Assembly: GCF_009914755.1 (NCBI RefSeq)
Contig: NC_060932.1
Length of the DNA: 64,000 bases
Strand: one strand, 5' to 3'
Source of the DNA: the human T2T-CHM13v2.0 reference genome, Homo sapiens
The position numbers and the translations under genes were made by a program. This document shows positions 1 to 14,200 of this stretch, one piece after another (within the stretch, counting starts at the first letter, position 1; every line of letters begins with the position of its first letter). The notes under the pieces were generated by a model. The model did no database searches and was not told where the DNA came from. It saw nothing but the letters and a program-made list of their open reading frames with translations.

Positions 1-640
<640 letters not shown>

Positions 641-822
641 GGTGAGCAGTTTTTATATTGTTGTTGTTTTCTATACAGAGTTAGTGTCTCTAATTACACT
701 GTCATTAACAAGAAGCAAAAGTTCTCAGAAAAGAGAGGTGTTCATTTATTCAACTCTTAGTTTAAATAGCATGTAAGATCCTGAATCTGAAACCATGAAA
801 TAAGGAAATTACAATGGATAAC

Positions 823-942
823 AGCTTAATAAAAACAATGATTTAAAGAGTAAGCTTAGAAATAAAGAATTGAGTAAGCTTCGATTTAAAGAATAAGCTT
901 AGAAATAAAAACAATGAAAGATGTAAAGAATAAGCTTAGAGA
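823..942. repeat. Mosaic micro-duplication (TAAGCTT x4)
   Basis: taagctt at 851, 875, 894 and 931; ataaaaacaatga and gatttaaaga each occur twice. Confidence 0.85.
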
Positions 943-1189
943 ATGGACTTACAGAAAACAGTCCTCCAAGGTCATCATGAGAATATTGTATTTTTATTCA
1001 TATTGCTATCAGTGTAGTCCAGAAAGGAACCTTATCATACTTTGATTAGTTTCAGAACCTTTTAATTGATTTAATGTATTCATTAATTGCCTCTACCCCA
1101 GCAATTTCCCTGTCTGTATTCCTGTCCATTGCCCCAATCCCCTTCTAATCAGTACGCACCAGAGGCTGAGTCATTCTAAAATACTACTT

Positions 1190-1486
1190 TTTTGTTTGTT
1201 TGTTTCAGACAGGGTCTTGCTCTGTCATCCAGGCGGGAGTGCAGTGGGATGATCTTGGCTCACTGCAGCCTCAACCTCATGGACTCAAGCAGTCCTCCAC
1301 TTCAGCCTCCCAAGTAGCTGGTATCACAGGCCCATGCCACTATGCCCAGCTAATTTTTGTATTTTTTGTAGAGATGGGGTTTTGCCATGTTGCCCAGGCT
1401 GGTCTTGAACTCCTAAGCTCAAGCAATGCTCCCACCTCAGCCTCCCAAAGTGCTGGGATTACAAGCATGAGCCACTGCACTTGGCC
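1190..1486 (-). mobile_element. AluJ (Jb-like)
   Basis: Antisense Alu with J features (gacagggtcttgc, ctcaagcagtcctcc); TSD aaatactactttt / aaatgctactttt. Confidence 0.93.
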
Positions 1487-1489
1487 TGA

Positions 1490-1990
1490 AATGCTACTTT
1501 TCTTAGGTCTTGTTCCCTACTTAGAAAGTTTCAATGTATGCACCATAGTTAACTCAAGATCTCAACATTCAATATCCTCCTTAGCCTCAATAAAGCCTTA
1601 TCTTTCTCACCTTCCCATATGAACACTTCATCCACTCTGACTGCTCCCTGAACAGGCCAGGCACTTTCCTAACCCTCCTGTTTTTACATATGCCATTTCC
1701 TCTGCCTCGATCTTCTTCCACCCTCATTTCTACCTGTGGAATTTCTGTTCTTCCTTCTAGGGACAGCTCAAATCCTACTGCTTCCATAATGAAACTAGTA
1801 ATGATTCCTACCAGGGATATGCACTCTAGAATTTGAACACAGAGCTCCTCTTTCCTGTGTACCTTACACAAGGTACTGTTACAAATTTTCCTTCTGTCAT
1901 ATTGTGTTTGTTACAATGTATGTATTTTAAAATTTTTCTCTGTTTCTGTGTGTCTTGCCTCACTGGCAGCCAACACTATTTTGTGTTTGG
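1490..1990 (+). mobile_element. L2 fragment
   Basis: L2-like motifs (gccatttcctctgcct, cagctcaaatcctactgcttcc); boundaries approximate. Confidence 0.6.
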
Positions 1991-2014
1991 ATACTAGCAG
2001 GGTCTTCAGCTTAC

Positions 2015-2190
2015 TTGCCAGTGAAAAGTGCCCTGGCCTCGAGTCAGAAGAATCCTTTCCACTTTCAGCTTTGTAGTTAGTACCTGTGTGATTGTGGGTC
2101 GCTGACTTTATTCACTCATTTGGGTCTCAGTTTCCTAATATGCAAAACGAGAAGGTAAAATGCTTTTCAAGGTCCGTTTAAACTGTATTT
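2015..2190 (+). mobile_element. MIR fragment
   Basis: MIR core tctcagtttcctaatatgcaaaa. Confidence 0.65.
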
Positions 2191-3079
2191 GGTCCTCAGA
2201 AATGACCCAAACATAGAAATCTCCTTCTTCTGGAGCTTTTTCTGGAGCTTATTTTCTCTTCCTCTCCTCTTATTTAGTGTTGTTCTCAGGAGAACACATG
2301 TGGGAAAACAACTGTGAAACTTTTAGACACTCTAAGAGAGGAGAAAGAGAGCTGAATGAGAGGGAACCTTCAAGGGAAGGTGTCTCTTTTCTCCAAATCT
2401 TATCTCCATGGCCTTTTTGTGTCATTTAAAAAAATATTAACAGTTATTTGCATTCGCTGGCATCGTCTTTTCAAAAAGCAAATATGATTGCCTCTGCAAG
2501 CCTGTCTTTGAAATGATAAAGTATGATTAATCCACAGCTGTATTCTTTAGAATGAGAAAGTTCAGTCATTTGTGGTGCTAAAATGAAAAAATAAAGATTT
2601 GAATGGTTTTACTATTTACTGTGAATTTATTTTTACAATGTAGATGGGGCATTGTTTTAGGTTCTAATAATTAGCACTGTTGCTGAAATGGATGAGGTCA
2701 GCACAGAGAGTGTGGAGAGCTTGGTTTTCAGGGGGGTGGCAGCAGTTCTAATGGCTGCAGGGCGAGGCTTCCTGCTGAGATGCCAGTGTTGGGTTCTTTC
2801 TCAAATTATGATTTTTATGGTTTGGGCAAGAAAAGGATGCATTTAAGCTCTTTTATAAGTAAAATGAGCAATGCTGAAACAGTTGTCAAATGGGAATAAT
2901 TTGATCTGACTTTTACAATTTCTGCATGAAGAGGTATTGGCAGCTCCATGGCATTGGGGCAGGATGGGCAGGGCTTAGCTGGGCTAGGTCCATTTTTTTT
3001 TTCCTTCAGTTTAACGTCTCCGACCCCTGGTGGATTCACCTACTGCAGAAGAGCCAATGCTGCTTATAAATTATGTTTC

Positions 3080-3950
3080 CTCAATCTATATCTCTAGCCC
3101 AGACCTTTCTTTTTGGCTCTCTATCTGAACATCTAACTACTTACCTGGTAACTTATGTCCTACAAACACTTTATGTGAAATATTTTAACCAGTGCCTCAT
3201 CTCCACTGCCAGTCCCTCTGCACATTTGTATCCTAATAATGACTCTACCCTCACTGCTAGTATGATCACCACAGTTATTCCCAGTGACTTCCTTGGTCGA
3301 CACTTATTTGGTGCCAGAGTAGTAGGCGCTGAGATAAATTCAGTTAACCCCTCACCATATGGCAGCATTAATATTTTTTAGTTACCTCAAACCAGATACC
3401 TCTCCTGCTCCATACCAGATTAGTGACCACATCCCACTGATTCTACGTCCTTAACAAATCTCAGATTCGTCCCGTCTTCCCTCACTTCAACTTCTCTGTA
3501 ATAGATTCTTACTGCAACTGTAACAGCCTCTTTATGCATGGATTCTTTCCTTCTCACATCCATTTTCTATACTGTTGCTAGAGTGGTCTTTCTAAAATAG
3601 AATAGATGGTACTGTGCTTTTACCTAAAGCTTTTCGGTTGACATCAGGATAAAACTCAGACCCCTTTGAATGACATGTGAGGGCTTTTGGCTTTTGTCCC
3701 AAGTGTTCTTGTCCAGTTCTTTCTCCTATCCAGAACCTTGTGCTACACTGATGGCATTCTCTACATATGCCAGGCAGCTTTAGGGCTCTGTGGATTTGCA
3801 CATATTGTTCTCTTTTCCCAGAATGGTCTGCTTCTCTATCTACCTGTTTGTTGTACTGTCACTACCTGTCATTTCAGATTGACTGTCCTTCCGTGGAATG
3901 GTTAAATAACACTGGATAGCCCTATAACGGATTGTGCTATAGTCTTTACA
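3080..3950 (+). mobile_element. L2 fragments
   Basis: tctatatctctagcccagacct; ccattttctatactgttgctagagtggtctttctaaaa; tttgcacatattgttctc. Confidence 0.65.
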
Positions 3951-4041
3951 AATCTTCTTGTAGGAGAAAATATGATGACTTAGAGATATGTTTATATTAC
4001 ATTGTCAAGTGAAAAGTGTTGTATAATACATGTGTGATTGA

Positions 4042-4255
4042 CTTTTCTTTCTTTGCTTTTCCTTTTCTTTTCTCTTTCTCTCTCTCTGTGTCTCCCTTTC
4101 CTTTCTTCCCTCTTTCTCCCTCCCTTCCTCCCTCCCTCCCTCCTTCCCTTCCTTCCTCTCTTCTCTCCTCTCCTCTCCTCTCCTCTCCTCTCCTCTCCTC
4201 TCCTCCCCTCCCCTCCCCTCCCCTTCTCTCCCCTCCCCTCCTCTCCTCTCCTCTT
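4042..4255. repeat. Compound polypyrimidine microsatellite (CTTT/CCCT/CTCCT/CCCCT)
   Basis: About 210 nt of almost pure C/T; source of the R/G/E- and P/L/S-rich ORFs at 3992-4279. Confidence 0.97.
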
Positions 4256-4269
4256 GTCTTCCCATTGAT

Positions 4270-4450
4270 CTTTCAATAAAAATAAAAGCCTAGAACTCTA
4301 TGTAACTAAACGTTAACAGTGTTTATCTCTGGGTATTGGGATTATTGATCTTTAGAATGATCTTCATTTTGTATTTTCTAAAGTTTCTATAATGAATGCA
4401 CATTACTTTTTAACAAGAAGTAGTAAATGCTATTTTCAACAAAAAATACT
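4270..4450 (+). mobile_element. L1ME-like 3' terminus
   Basis: gttaacagtgtttatctctggg...tgtattttctaaagtttctataatgaatgcacattactttt. Confidence 0.6.
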
Positions 4451-5855
4451 GACTTGTGGCAAGTACTATGTCTTACTTATCTTTGTCTTTTTAGAACATT
4501 GCCTTCCTCATGGAAGATGTATTAGTTAGGGTAGGCTAACTGCAGTAACCGATGATACCCTTAATATATAACAAGTAAAATGCGATAGTTTATTTCTACC
4601 TAGTGAATGAACAGAACACAAGATGTTCTGGTCCTGACTTTCCCCTGAATAAAATCTGCACTAACTAACACCGAGGCATAGCCAAACCTCACCTCCAGAC
4701 CAAATTGGCTGAAATAGGCAGGGTTCCAATTTGTGATGGTCATTTATTTTTAATGGCCTTTCTATTCCCTGAAATGTAGACAAATTTGCCCTTTGCTGCC
4801 TCATTGCAGTGGAAGAGCCTCATACCTGTGTGCAGAGCTGATGATGAAAGGCATCTATGTGTGTATGTGTGTTGTAGATAAATAGTGTATTAACTATGTG
4901 TAATTCCTTATTTCAAAGTAGCATTTTATGGGTGAGTTTTGCAATAAATCTTCAACGTTTAATGCTCACTATGTCTTGTTTCATTTGATATCACTGAAAA
5001 TGCAGAGGGTCAGGCCATATTCACTCTGTCTCTCCCTGGCATGTTAGGTTGCCTTCTAGAGCTCTGTGTTTCACAAATCATTTTGATGTAGAGACTGTGG
5101 AGAAATATTCTCAGGCTTTATCACTGCTGACTTAATTGAGTTTCATGATGCGCTTTTTTTTTTTTTCATAGTAGGATAAATTAAAAATGGCTGATAAAGC
5201 TGCCTGTAAAAGCAAAATTGTTAGGTTAAACCTGCCTGGTGTATTAAATGTATTGATAAGTAATTTGGCCACCATTTTTAATCACTTTTATTAACTCTCA
5301 AGTAGTTTTATTTCCAGTAACTTGCAAAATAACTGTCATTATGGACTCAGTCATATTTCTCTTTAAAATACTATTGAAAAGTCCATGAAAATGATTAAAG
5401 TGCCAATATCATCCACCTACTTCCTGTTAGCAAGAATTGTTGGTGATTTTGTGATTAGCTGAGTATACGGTTGTGCTCTCTTTGTGCAACCCAGGAGGAA
5501 ATAGAACCAGTTCATCCCAGGTGAATAGAGATAATGAATGGGTTTGAAGCCGTGTAACAGGAGTAGTCTTTTGTGCATCTGTATCATGTATGTTATTGTT
5601 ATGCTGTCTTTAAAACATTTTATTAAATATTGAGAAGACAAGATACTTGTGAATTATGTGTAAAGTGTAAAGAATCATGATACGTGTAATGTGCCTTTCG
5701 GTGTCATCTTTGCCATCGGCTGTTCGGCTTTGTAAGGATCTTGAGTTCAAGGTCACTAAAGAACAGCTTAACACATTGTCTTGCTCACAGGTCAATAAGG
5801 GATATATCTCTTCATTAAAATGGATGAGAAGTTTGTCATTACTTTACTGCTTCTT

Positions 5856-6158
5856 GGCTAGATGTGTGGCTTATGCCTGTAATCACAGTGCTTTGGGAGG
5901 TTGAAGCAGGAGAATCGCCTGAGGCCAGGAGTCTGAGACCAGCTTGGGAAACATAGTGAGGCCCTGTCTGTGCAGAAACAAAAAATTAAATTTGCCAGGC
6001 TTGGTGGTGTGCACCTTCAGTCCTAGCTACTCTGGAAGCTGAGTCAGGAGGATCCCTTGAGCCCAGGAATTTGAGGTTACAGAGAGCTATGATTGCATCA
6101 CTGCACTCTAGCCTGGGTAACAGAATAAGACCTGTCTTTAAAAATAAAAAATAAAAAA
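5856..6158 (+). mobile_element. AluJ
   Basis: Sense Alu with J features (ggaggatcccttgagcccaggaatttgagg; gacctgtct) and an A-rich tail. Confidence 0.93.
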
Positions 6159-6354
6159 GAATTCCCTGTATTTTTTCCAATCCATTTGCATAGCCTCCAA
6201 ATCCCATTCCTTTCCCCTCAGATTTCGGCATTCCCACCCTATGGGAGAAATTATTATAGCTGCCATTCTTAGGATGTTTCCCAGATAAATTACAGGAATC
6301 ATAAGATTGCTAAACAAATGTAGGTGGCTAATAGAAAAAGAGAAGCAGTAAGCC

Positions 6355-7500
6355 TACTTTTTTCATTTACTTATTCAACAAATGTTTATCAGGCATCTAT
6401 TATTTGATAGGCTTTGTACTGATTTCTGGCTTGACAATGATGAAGAAATTAGACATGCCCCTTTCTGAGCTAAGAAGATAGGCAAAAGGGTTACACAAAT
6501 AATTATATAATTACAGTTGTGCTAAGCCTCATGAGGGAAAAGTACAAGGTCCCAGCCAGGTGAACATATAACAGAAGAATCTATCTTAGTCTGAAAGATA
6601 CAAGAAGGTCTTTTTGAGAAAGAAGCATTTCTGTTAGGGTAGGGAGGAGGGGAAAGGAGGAGAGGAAAGATTTGCATTTCCAACCTTGGGGCAGAGAAGG
6701 TGAGGAATAGCAGAAAGGACAGTCAGCACAAAGGAAGCAAAAATGGGGTCTGAGAGGTAAGGAACAATCAGACGATTCTAGACTTCCAGGATTCCAGATT
6801 TTATCTTAAAAACAGGGGAACCCAATGAAGGGTTTTTAAGAAGAGGAGTTATATGCTTGTCATTTCAAAAACATCACAACTGCTGGTTATAAGGAGAATG
6901 GACTAAAAGGGAATAAGAGTGCATGCAGGGAGCTGAGGTGGGGCCCCAGTTGAGACTGGATGTGTGCCTGGACTAGAGTGGGAGCTACAGAAGTGAAGAG
7001 AAGTGAAAGATTTGAGATGATTTTTGGAAGCTTCTTTTAGCCTTGGCTGTGATGGGGCAATGCCTACAAAGGGCGGTGGGGAGGATGGCCCCCAGTGTTC
7101 TGGCTTGAGCAAATTGTATGCACAGTAGGTGATGCGATGGCAAATACTGCAGGAGAAGAAGCCCTTGTTTAGTGTATTGTCGACATATCCACATGGAAAT
7201 ACCAAGGAAGCATGTGCTTGTTTGGAGCTGGAGGTCAGAAGAGAATTCCAGGTTGTCTTTTGAGTGTGGTGGTTTTGGACAAGGACATGACATTTCTAGC
7301 TCCATGAAGTAGATAAGATTGCTTAGGGAAGGTGGGAGAGTGTAAGGAAAAGTGAAGAGAAAAGGAAGCATAAGGAACAGCCACCTTTAAAGGTGAGGCA
7401 GAGTGATGGGAAAGAAGCAATTAGAGCAGTGAAAGGAAGACCCAAAAAGGATTCAGGAGGGAAGAGTGGCTGCTGCATCTGTGTCCCTCGAACATCCTGA
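6355..7500 (-). mobile_element. L2 (3' ~1.1 kb)
   Basis: Starts with the antisense L2 tail (ttattcaacaaatgtttat) followed by a purine-rich L2 body. Confidence 0.75.
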
Positions 7501-8639
7501 TGGAAGAGGAGGAAGACAGAGCCCAAACCAGGACTTTTTGAGTGGTGACTATTGCCACACATTTTAAATGTAAGAGTGCACATTGCATTTAGGACCAGTG
7601 AGGACTTAGGACAGAGTTCTGGCCAATGCCAGAGGTGGAGCCCAGACCAGGAGCAGACTGAAGTACTATTTGCCAACTTCCGGTTAAGATTGGGTTTTAG
7701 TAATATTTTTATTTATCTGGACATAAGTAGCACAAAGCTGTTTTAAATACTCTGAGGCTTTCTTTGGTGGTGGGGGATAAGACTGGGAAGAATAACTAAT
7801 TTGAGAGACCCAATGGATAGTTTGTATAAAGATATGATTTTCAAAAAATCATCAAAATTGATTAAGTGTTACTAACGTGTTGCTGAAGGTCACTCGTTTA
7901 TGTGTTTTTCTCCTGAGCTAAGAATTCTTTCCTATGTACCACCTAAGCCCTTTCAGTGACAAATTATTGTTCAAATTTTTCTTGGCACACTGACTTGAGA
8001 ATTAACTACCATTCATAGCTGGTACCCAGGTCCTATGAGAATACAATGCCTTGTCACATAAATACTTGTGAAGTGACATCTATCAATCTAATTTAGAAAA
8101 ATATTTGAGTCAAAAGGTCCTTGAACCATGTATTAGGTTGACACAGGAGCTCCCTTTATCTGAAGCTGTGACTGAGCATTTTAATGAATGGCAGTCAAGG
8201 AATTCAAAGTTATTATTCTGATAGTAATTGCGTGCATTTTTCCTGCCCATCTATATGCAGCCTTCTCATTGTCTAGGAAGCTGCTGATTTGATGCATTCA
8301 TAGCTATTATTTGCATAGGGAATTTGAACCACCATGGGAAGAATGATTTTGAATTTCCTGTTTTCATTTATTTACTTTGGGTGCAATAACAGTGTTTTCA
8401 TGGAAGGATTTTTTATATTGGGTTTTTCCTAATTTTAATACAGTGTAAATAAGCTAAGTGTTATATTTCTGAAAACCACACGTTACAAATTTTTAAAAAT
8501 GGGGGAAAGATGAAAATGAAATAAAAAGATGGGAAGACAAGTTCTGAAACCTCTGACCTTACCTGCGGGCTCCTCCCTCTAGTTGACCATGGAGAACCAT
8601 AGATGACTTACTGGGCCAGATATTCTGATCTTGGACAGA

Positions 8640-8800
8640 CCAATGGTTTGTAAAATGGGTTGCATATTATAGTGTGCAAATTCCTGGACTAGACTTCCAG
8701 AGATGATAGTTCATGTGGCCCAGGGTTTGTCCTGAGAATCTGCATTTTTGAAAAGCTCTCCAGGTGATTTTTAGTGTGCACTTAAGTCTGGGAGCTCTTG
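8640..8800. mobile_element. MER5-family hAT-Charlie MITE
   Basis: cctgagaatctgcatttttgaaaagctctccaggtgatt. Confidence 0.7.
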
Positions 8801-8869
8801 GAATTGTTTTTTTCAACTAATAAAGTTGAAGACACCCTGCACAAGATTAGAAGATGGATAAGAAAAGAG

Positions 8870-9080
8870 AATTAGAATTTACTGAGTTTCTATTATGGCT
8901 GAACATGTTTACATATCTTACGTCATTTATTCTTTAACACCATCTTGCAAGGTATATCATTTTGTTCCAATTTTAACCTGAGATTCAAAAAGGTTTACAG
9001 AACTTTAAAGGTCATGCAGCTGCTGGGAGGCAGAACCTTTATTTGCCTCCAGGTCATCTGATCTGCTGTGTAGAACCACG
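8870..9080 (-). mobile_element. MIR
   Basis: atttactgag...tcatttattctttaacaccatc...aaggtcatgcagct. Confidence 0.65.
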
Positions 9081-9429
9081 ACAAGGCTGGGAACAAGAAG
9101 GTCTGGATAGAATTCTAGTCACACCATCACTTGGGTGAGGTCCTTTTGCCCTCTCTGCCAACGTGGGTACCTGTTGCTAAAGGTAGACTTTCCTGTTTAT
9201 CATCAAAGAGTGCCTATAGGTAGATGAGTGGGGAGGACTGCATACATTTTGAGAGTAGTAAAATCAGATCCACTTGGACAAAACTGTCTTCAATATTCTA
9301 CAATGAACATGCCATGTTGTTGTGACCAGAATTGACATTGTATCTCTACCCTACGCTGACAAGTTGATTGTCTGAGCGAGGAAACAGCACTCATCATACA
9401 TTTATATTTCTCCAGGAAGGAAAAGAGAC

Positions 9430-9965
<536 letters not shown>

Positions 9966-11069
9966 TAAGTACCTTCTTAATGTTAATCAGCAGAGGGAAG
10001 GGAGAGTGACTCTCTGCAGCAGGATTCAGTGGAGCTGGAGATCCAGACTAGCAATAGCAGCAGAATGAAGATGAATCTTGACTACTTGATTGCTGCATTT
10101 TTCATTATTTTAGGAACCCAGCGGTTCTCCTAAAATGCATGCCAAAGGTCCTTTGACAGGGTGCTGCTCCAGCTGTGGTTTGTCGGTCTGCAGTGTTGTA
10201 CCACCCTGGTGCTCATTAGGACTGCAAATTCCCAGGTCACCTTCAGATGTACCACTCTCCAGATGTTTCTCATGCTCACTGCAGTATGAGAAGCACTACT
10301 TTAACAGGCAACCTCCTTCCAGGTGAATCATGTCTGGAGAAGTTGCTTGGTCAGAGAGATATTTGTCCAGGCTCAGCCATGCTGGCTCTGCAGCGAGGGT
10401 TCCTTCACTAGAACACCATGCATTTGTGGTGGCAGCATAGGTAGAAGGCACTGAGCGGAAACAAGAGGAGCGAGATGGAGAAAGAAAAAAAACAACTTTC
10501 CCGGAAAAGTTAAAATGATAGCATGACCTTTCTGAATGGACTTTGGGACATGGCACCAAGAATGAGCAATAATGAAATACCAAGGAAGGAGACTCCTTAG
10601 GAGAGCATCTGGGAACCATGCAACCATGCGACAAGAGGTGATGCAGGGAAGCTGGTGAGAGGGTGAACTGAGGCTCCCCCAGGGGCGAGGGGGGATACCT
10701 CCTTTCTGAACCTCATGCTGAACCCGACCCTCAGGAGCAACAGATTGGGGTAGGAGCTTTTGGAGAGGGGAATTGAAATGGCCTTGTTGGCAGAATGACT
10801 CTGAAGGGAACTTTCCAGCACACCCAGGAAAAAAACAAAACAAACTCCCCAATCTGCCAGACTCCGCTTTCTTAACTGGAGGGCAGGGTGGTTGCTCAAA
10901 TATTTTGGGCTCAGGGCTTTGGAAAGATTTCTTGTCTTGCTGCATGCTCTGTGGAACCAGGCTGAGAGCAGGATTTTTGCATTTAGAATATCTTAGCAGA
11001 ACTGGGCAAGATGAAAACCAATCTTTTTGTAGCTACCAAAAAGTGGACATACTTCAGCTTTCTGTCTTC

Positions 11070-11270
11070 TCCCTGCTGACTTGGGTGTATTTGGTGTGCT
11101 TGCTCTGTGCTAGGCCCTTCCTGTCTCTTATCTCACTAAATCTTGACAATATCCCCAGAGATTGGCATCATTATACTCATTTTACAGATGAAACTGTCTC
11201 AGAGGGGTTACGGAATTTGCCCAAGACACACAGCTGAGTGGTGAAGCTGGAATTCAGAACCAAGTTCGGC
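11070..11270 (-). mobile_element. MIR
   Basis: cattttacagatgaaactg...ttgcccaagacacacagct. Confidence 0.8.
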
Positions 11271-14200
11271 TTATTAGAAAGTATTCTTATATACTACATG
11301 TAGAAATGAAACGCAACGTATGTGACAGCCATTATAATGTAAATAATAAAAGTAACAGGATTTTCTCCCTGCCCTCCGTAATTCAGTATACTTGTTGATT
11401 ATTTGCTGCTTCTGGCAAGCTATGATTGATTGCTGTTCTGTGGGATATGGAGAAGTTTGAGGAATTTATGATACAGCTGGGGAGAAAAGACATATTGATG
11501 CTTGACCAGGATTAAGCCACCATATCTCACAGGTGTTTAGACAAAGGAGAAGGCACCTCTGCTAAGGCACATCAGGGAAATCTCTAGGGAAGATACTGAT
11601 TTGACATAGTACTTTCTGGGTATATAGAATTGTTTCATTTTGTTTGCCGAGTATGTTAAAACTGTTTGCAGGGTGTGTTAAGATGATTTGCAGAAGAATG
11701 TTGCATATATTATTCGTTTTGATTTGGAAAAACAATTAAAACAAGGAGAGTCTTATTATTTGCCCTATCTTTGGGTAACTTCTGTACTAACAAAACTCCG
11801 GCTCACCAGCCACTAGAGTTAAAATTCTCACTAAAGAAATTGACTAAATGGAAGAGAATTTATTTCTGATTTCCTTTTTAATGTAAACATATGTATTGAC
11901 ACTTTTCCTTGGAAGAAGTGTAGTTTCTCTTTTAGTAGAAGGAAATAGAATTATACTCTGGCTTAAATTCTATTATTATAAACATACTTCTGTTTTTATC
12001 TTGAGATAAGGCTTTCCTATATACTGTTGGGAGTCTATAGTGATATAGTCATTTTCTATATTATTTGGCCATCATTTATTCTTTTAAATTCATTTATAAT
12101 TGTTTTTGCATGTTTTATTGCTAACATTTAATAGTGACCACCCATTAAAGCTATTGCAGTACCTAAGTATTTATAAATTTTTCTGACATGTTATTGCTTC
12201 TGGATTATAAACTGGGAAATAATTAAGATTCTTGTTCTTGTTGTAATGCTGTTATGGTGATGATTTAGTATTTCCCCAAACAGTTTATATAATATGGTCT
12301 TTTTCCACATTGGTATGTTTCTTTATTTGCTGGACAGGGTATTTTAATGGTTACATCTAAATGGAATAAACTCATAGAGCTGTTGATTTGAGAAAACCTT
12401 CTATAATGCCATATTAATCTATTTAGCTCCCAGACCTTTCTTAGCAGATCAAAGGAATTTCCTGGCCACTCCCAGAGGTCTGACCGCCTTTTATCTGTTT
12501 TAATGAAGGTAATTAAAATTCCTCAGCTTATGAAGGTCTGGTCCTGGTCCTAAGTGAACTAGTCCCCAGCAGAATCTGAAAGAGGACTATAAGCAAGCCA
12601 TTTATTTCTAAATTTTTAACCTTATATTTCTGTAGATCCTGATTAAGGTAGTTCCTGCAGTGTGAGGGCAAACTTAGGTTGCCAGTATTTTAGGGAAATA
12701 TGAGTTCTTCTTTCATAAACTCTGATGATTATTTTGATTCCTGTGTCATTCATTTGAAATGAACCTGCAACACTTTGTGGGTACATAGGAATGAAGCAAA
12801 TGCACTCTAAATAATTAACCAGTTGTGTCATTGATTTCTACTGATAGGTTTATAGCAAATGACTTTACACAAAGTTATTAATTAAATGCTGTGTTCTGAT
12901 GTTGTCTAAAAAATGTCATCTGGATGTCCACAGTTTAAATCCTCAACAAAATGTTAAAAGTCACAGAAAAAGTCTTTGACATAGCATGACTTAGGATCTC
13001 CATATTCATAGTTATTTGTTGAGTAAATGTGCTTTGAGCACTTATCATGAGCCAAACACTGGGCTAGGTGTTACAGAGACAGTGCTGAACAAAGACCTCG
13101 CCAATATGGTGCATATTCCCATTTTACAATCTGTCAGCTCAGCCAGTCTCTTAAAGGCCATCTTTTCCTCAAACGAGTTTCTGAAATGAAAATGAAAAGA
13201 GTCATTTAAGGATTTAATCTGAGTTCTAGTCTATACCCTGACCACACAATGGGCCTCAGGGAGAAGAAGGAACAAGACAATACCTTACTAGAGCAAAATG
13301 ACTTCCCATTATAGAACATGGTCTGGCACTTTCAAGATAAATGAAGCTGTAAAGTTAAGTTGTGCAATTAGTGGACAGAGACAGGTAATTTGTGGGCATG
13401 GAGGAGGTTTCCAAATATTCACAGCACCAAGTGATCAAAAGCTGTAAGTAGCATTTGTGCACTTTTCTTCATACATTTTACATTAAGAAAAAAACCATAT
13501 AGGTTGATATTAAGCAGCTAACTGAAAATGAACTGTCCTTAAAAAGTAAGTAAATAAAAAACAGCACTTTTCCTGATGAATGAAGGACTGTGAAAAAGCT
13601 GTTATGGGCTTAGCCTATGTAGTTCCCAGCATTATTTTAAAAAGATGAAGAAAAGAATGTTGAAGTCTTTGCATTTTCAATGCCTACCAGGTGCACCTGC
13701 CACTCCTGCATTTCTGGGTTTCACTTTTGTCCATTGCTAGCTCTCATTTGGTCTGCAAATGTCTGAGTATCTTTCATGTTCCAGGAACTGTTTGTGTGAG
13801 ATAGATGCAATGGTAAATAAGTCAAGGTCGTCACCTTTTAGGACCTCATCCTACCAACTTAATAGGTGCTAGCAGAGACTCGTTGTGTGTCTATTATAGG
13901 ATAAGTGAGTGAAAGTCCTCCTTAGGTAGGTTTCATCATCTGCACTTGGATGGAATGAATTTATGAATGTTCTTAGAGACACTTATAGATCTGAGAAATA
14001 AAAAACACATACCAAGAACTTATTGTTGGGATGAAGAAGAGTAAATAGGGGAATTTTTTGGGTTCCTCTTCTCCTCATCCTCCTTACAACTCCTCCTGCT
14101 GATAAGATATTTAGTCCTATGATTGACCCAGACTGTCATTTTTTGGGGCCCTTCTCTCCATGCCTGTGGCCAAGCCCTGCCTGGGCTTGTATTACCAGGG

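Noticed and set aside
1200-1622. 140-aa ORF and the similar ORFs at 9627, 20436, 46220, 47274, 56237 and 59649
   Set aside because: Translations of antisense Alu ([24 protein letters not shown] motifs), not genes
3992-4279. Arg/Gly/Glu-rich and Pro/Ser/Leu-rich ORFs
   Set aside because: Artefacts of the C/T microsatellite
10373-10945. Longest ORF (190 aa, minus) and its overlapping ORFs
   Set aside because: No recognisable domain; several frames are open simply because local GC is higher
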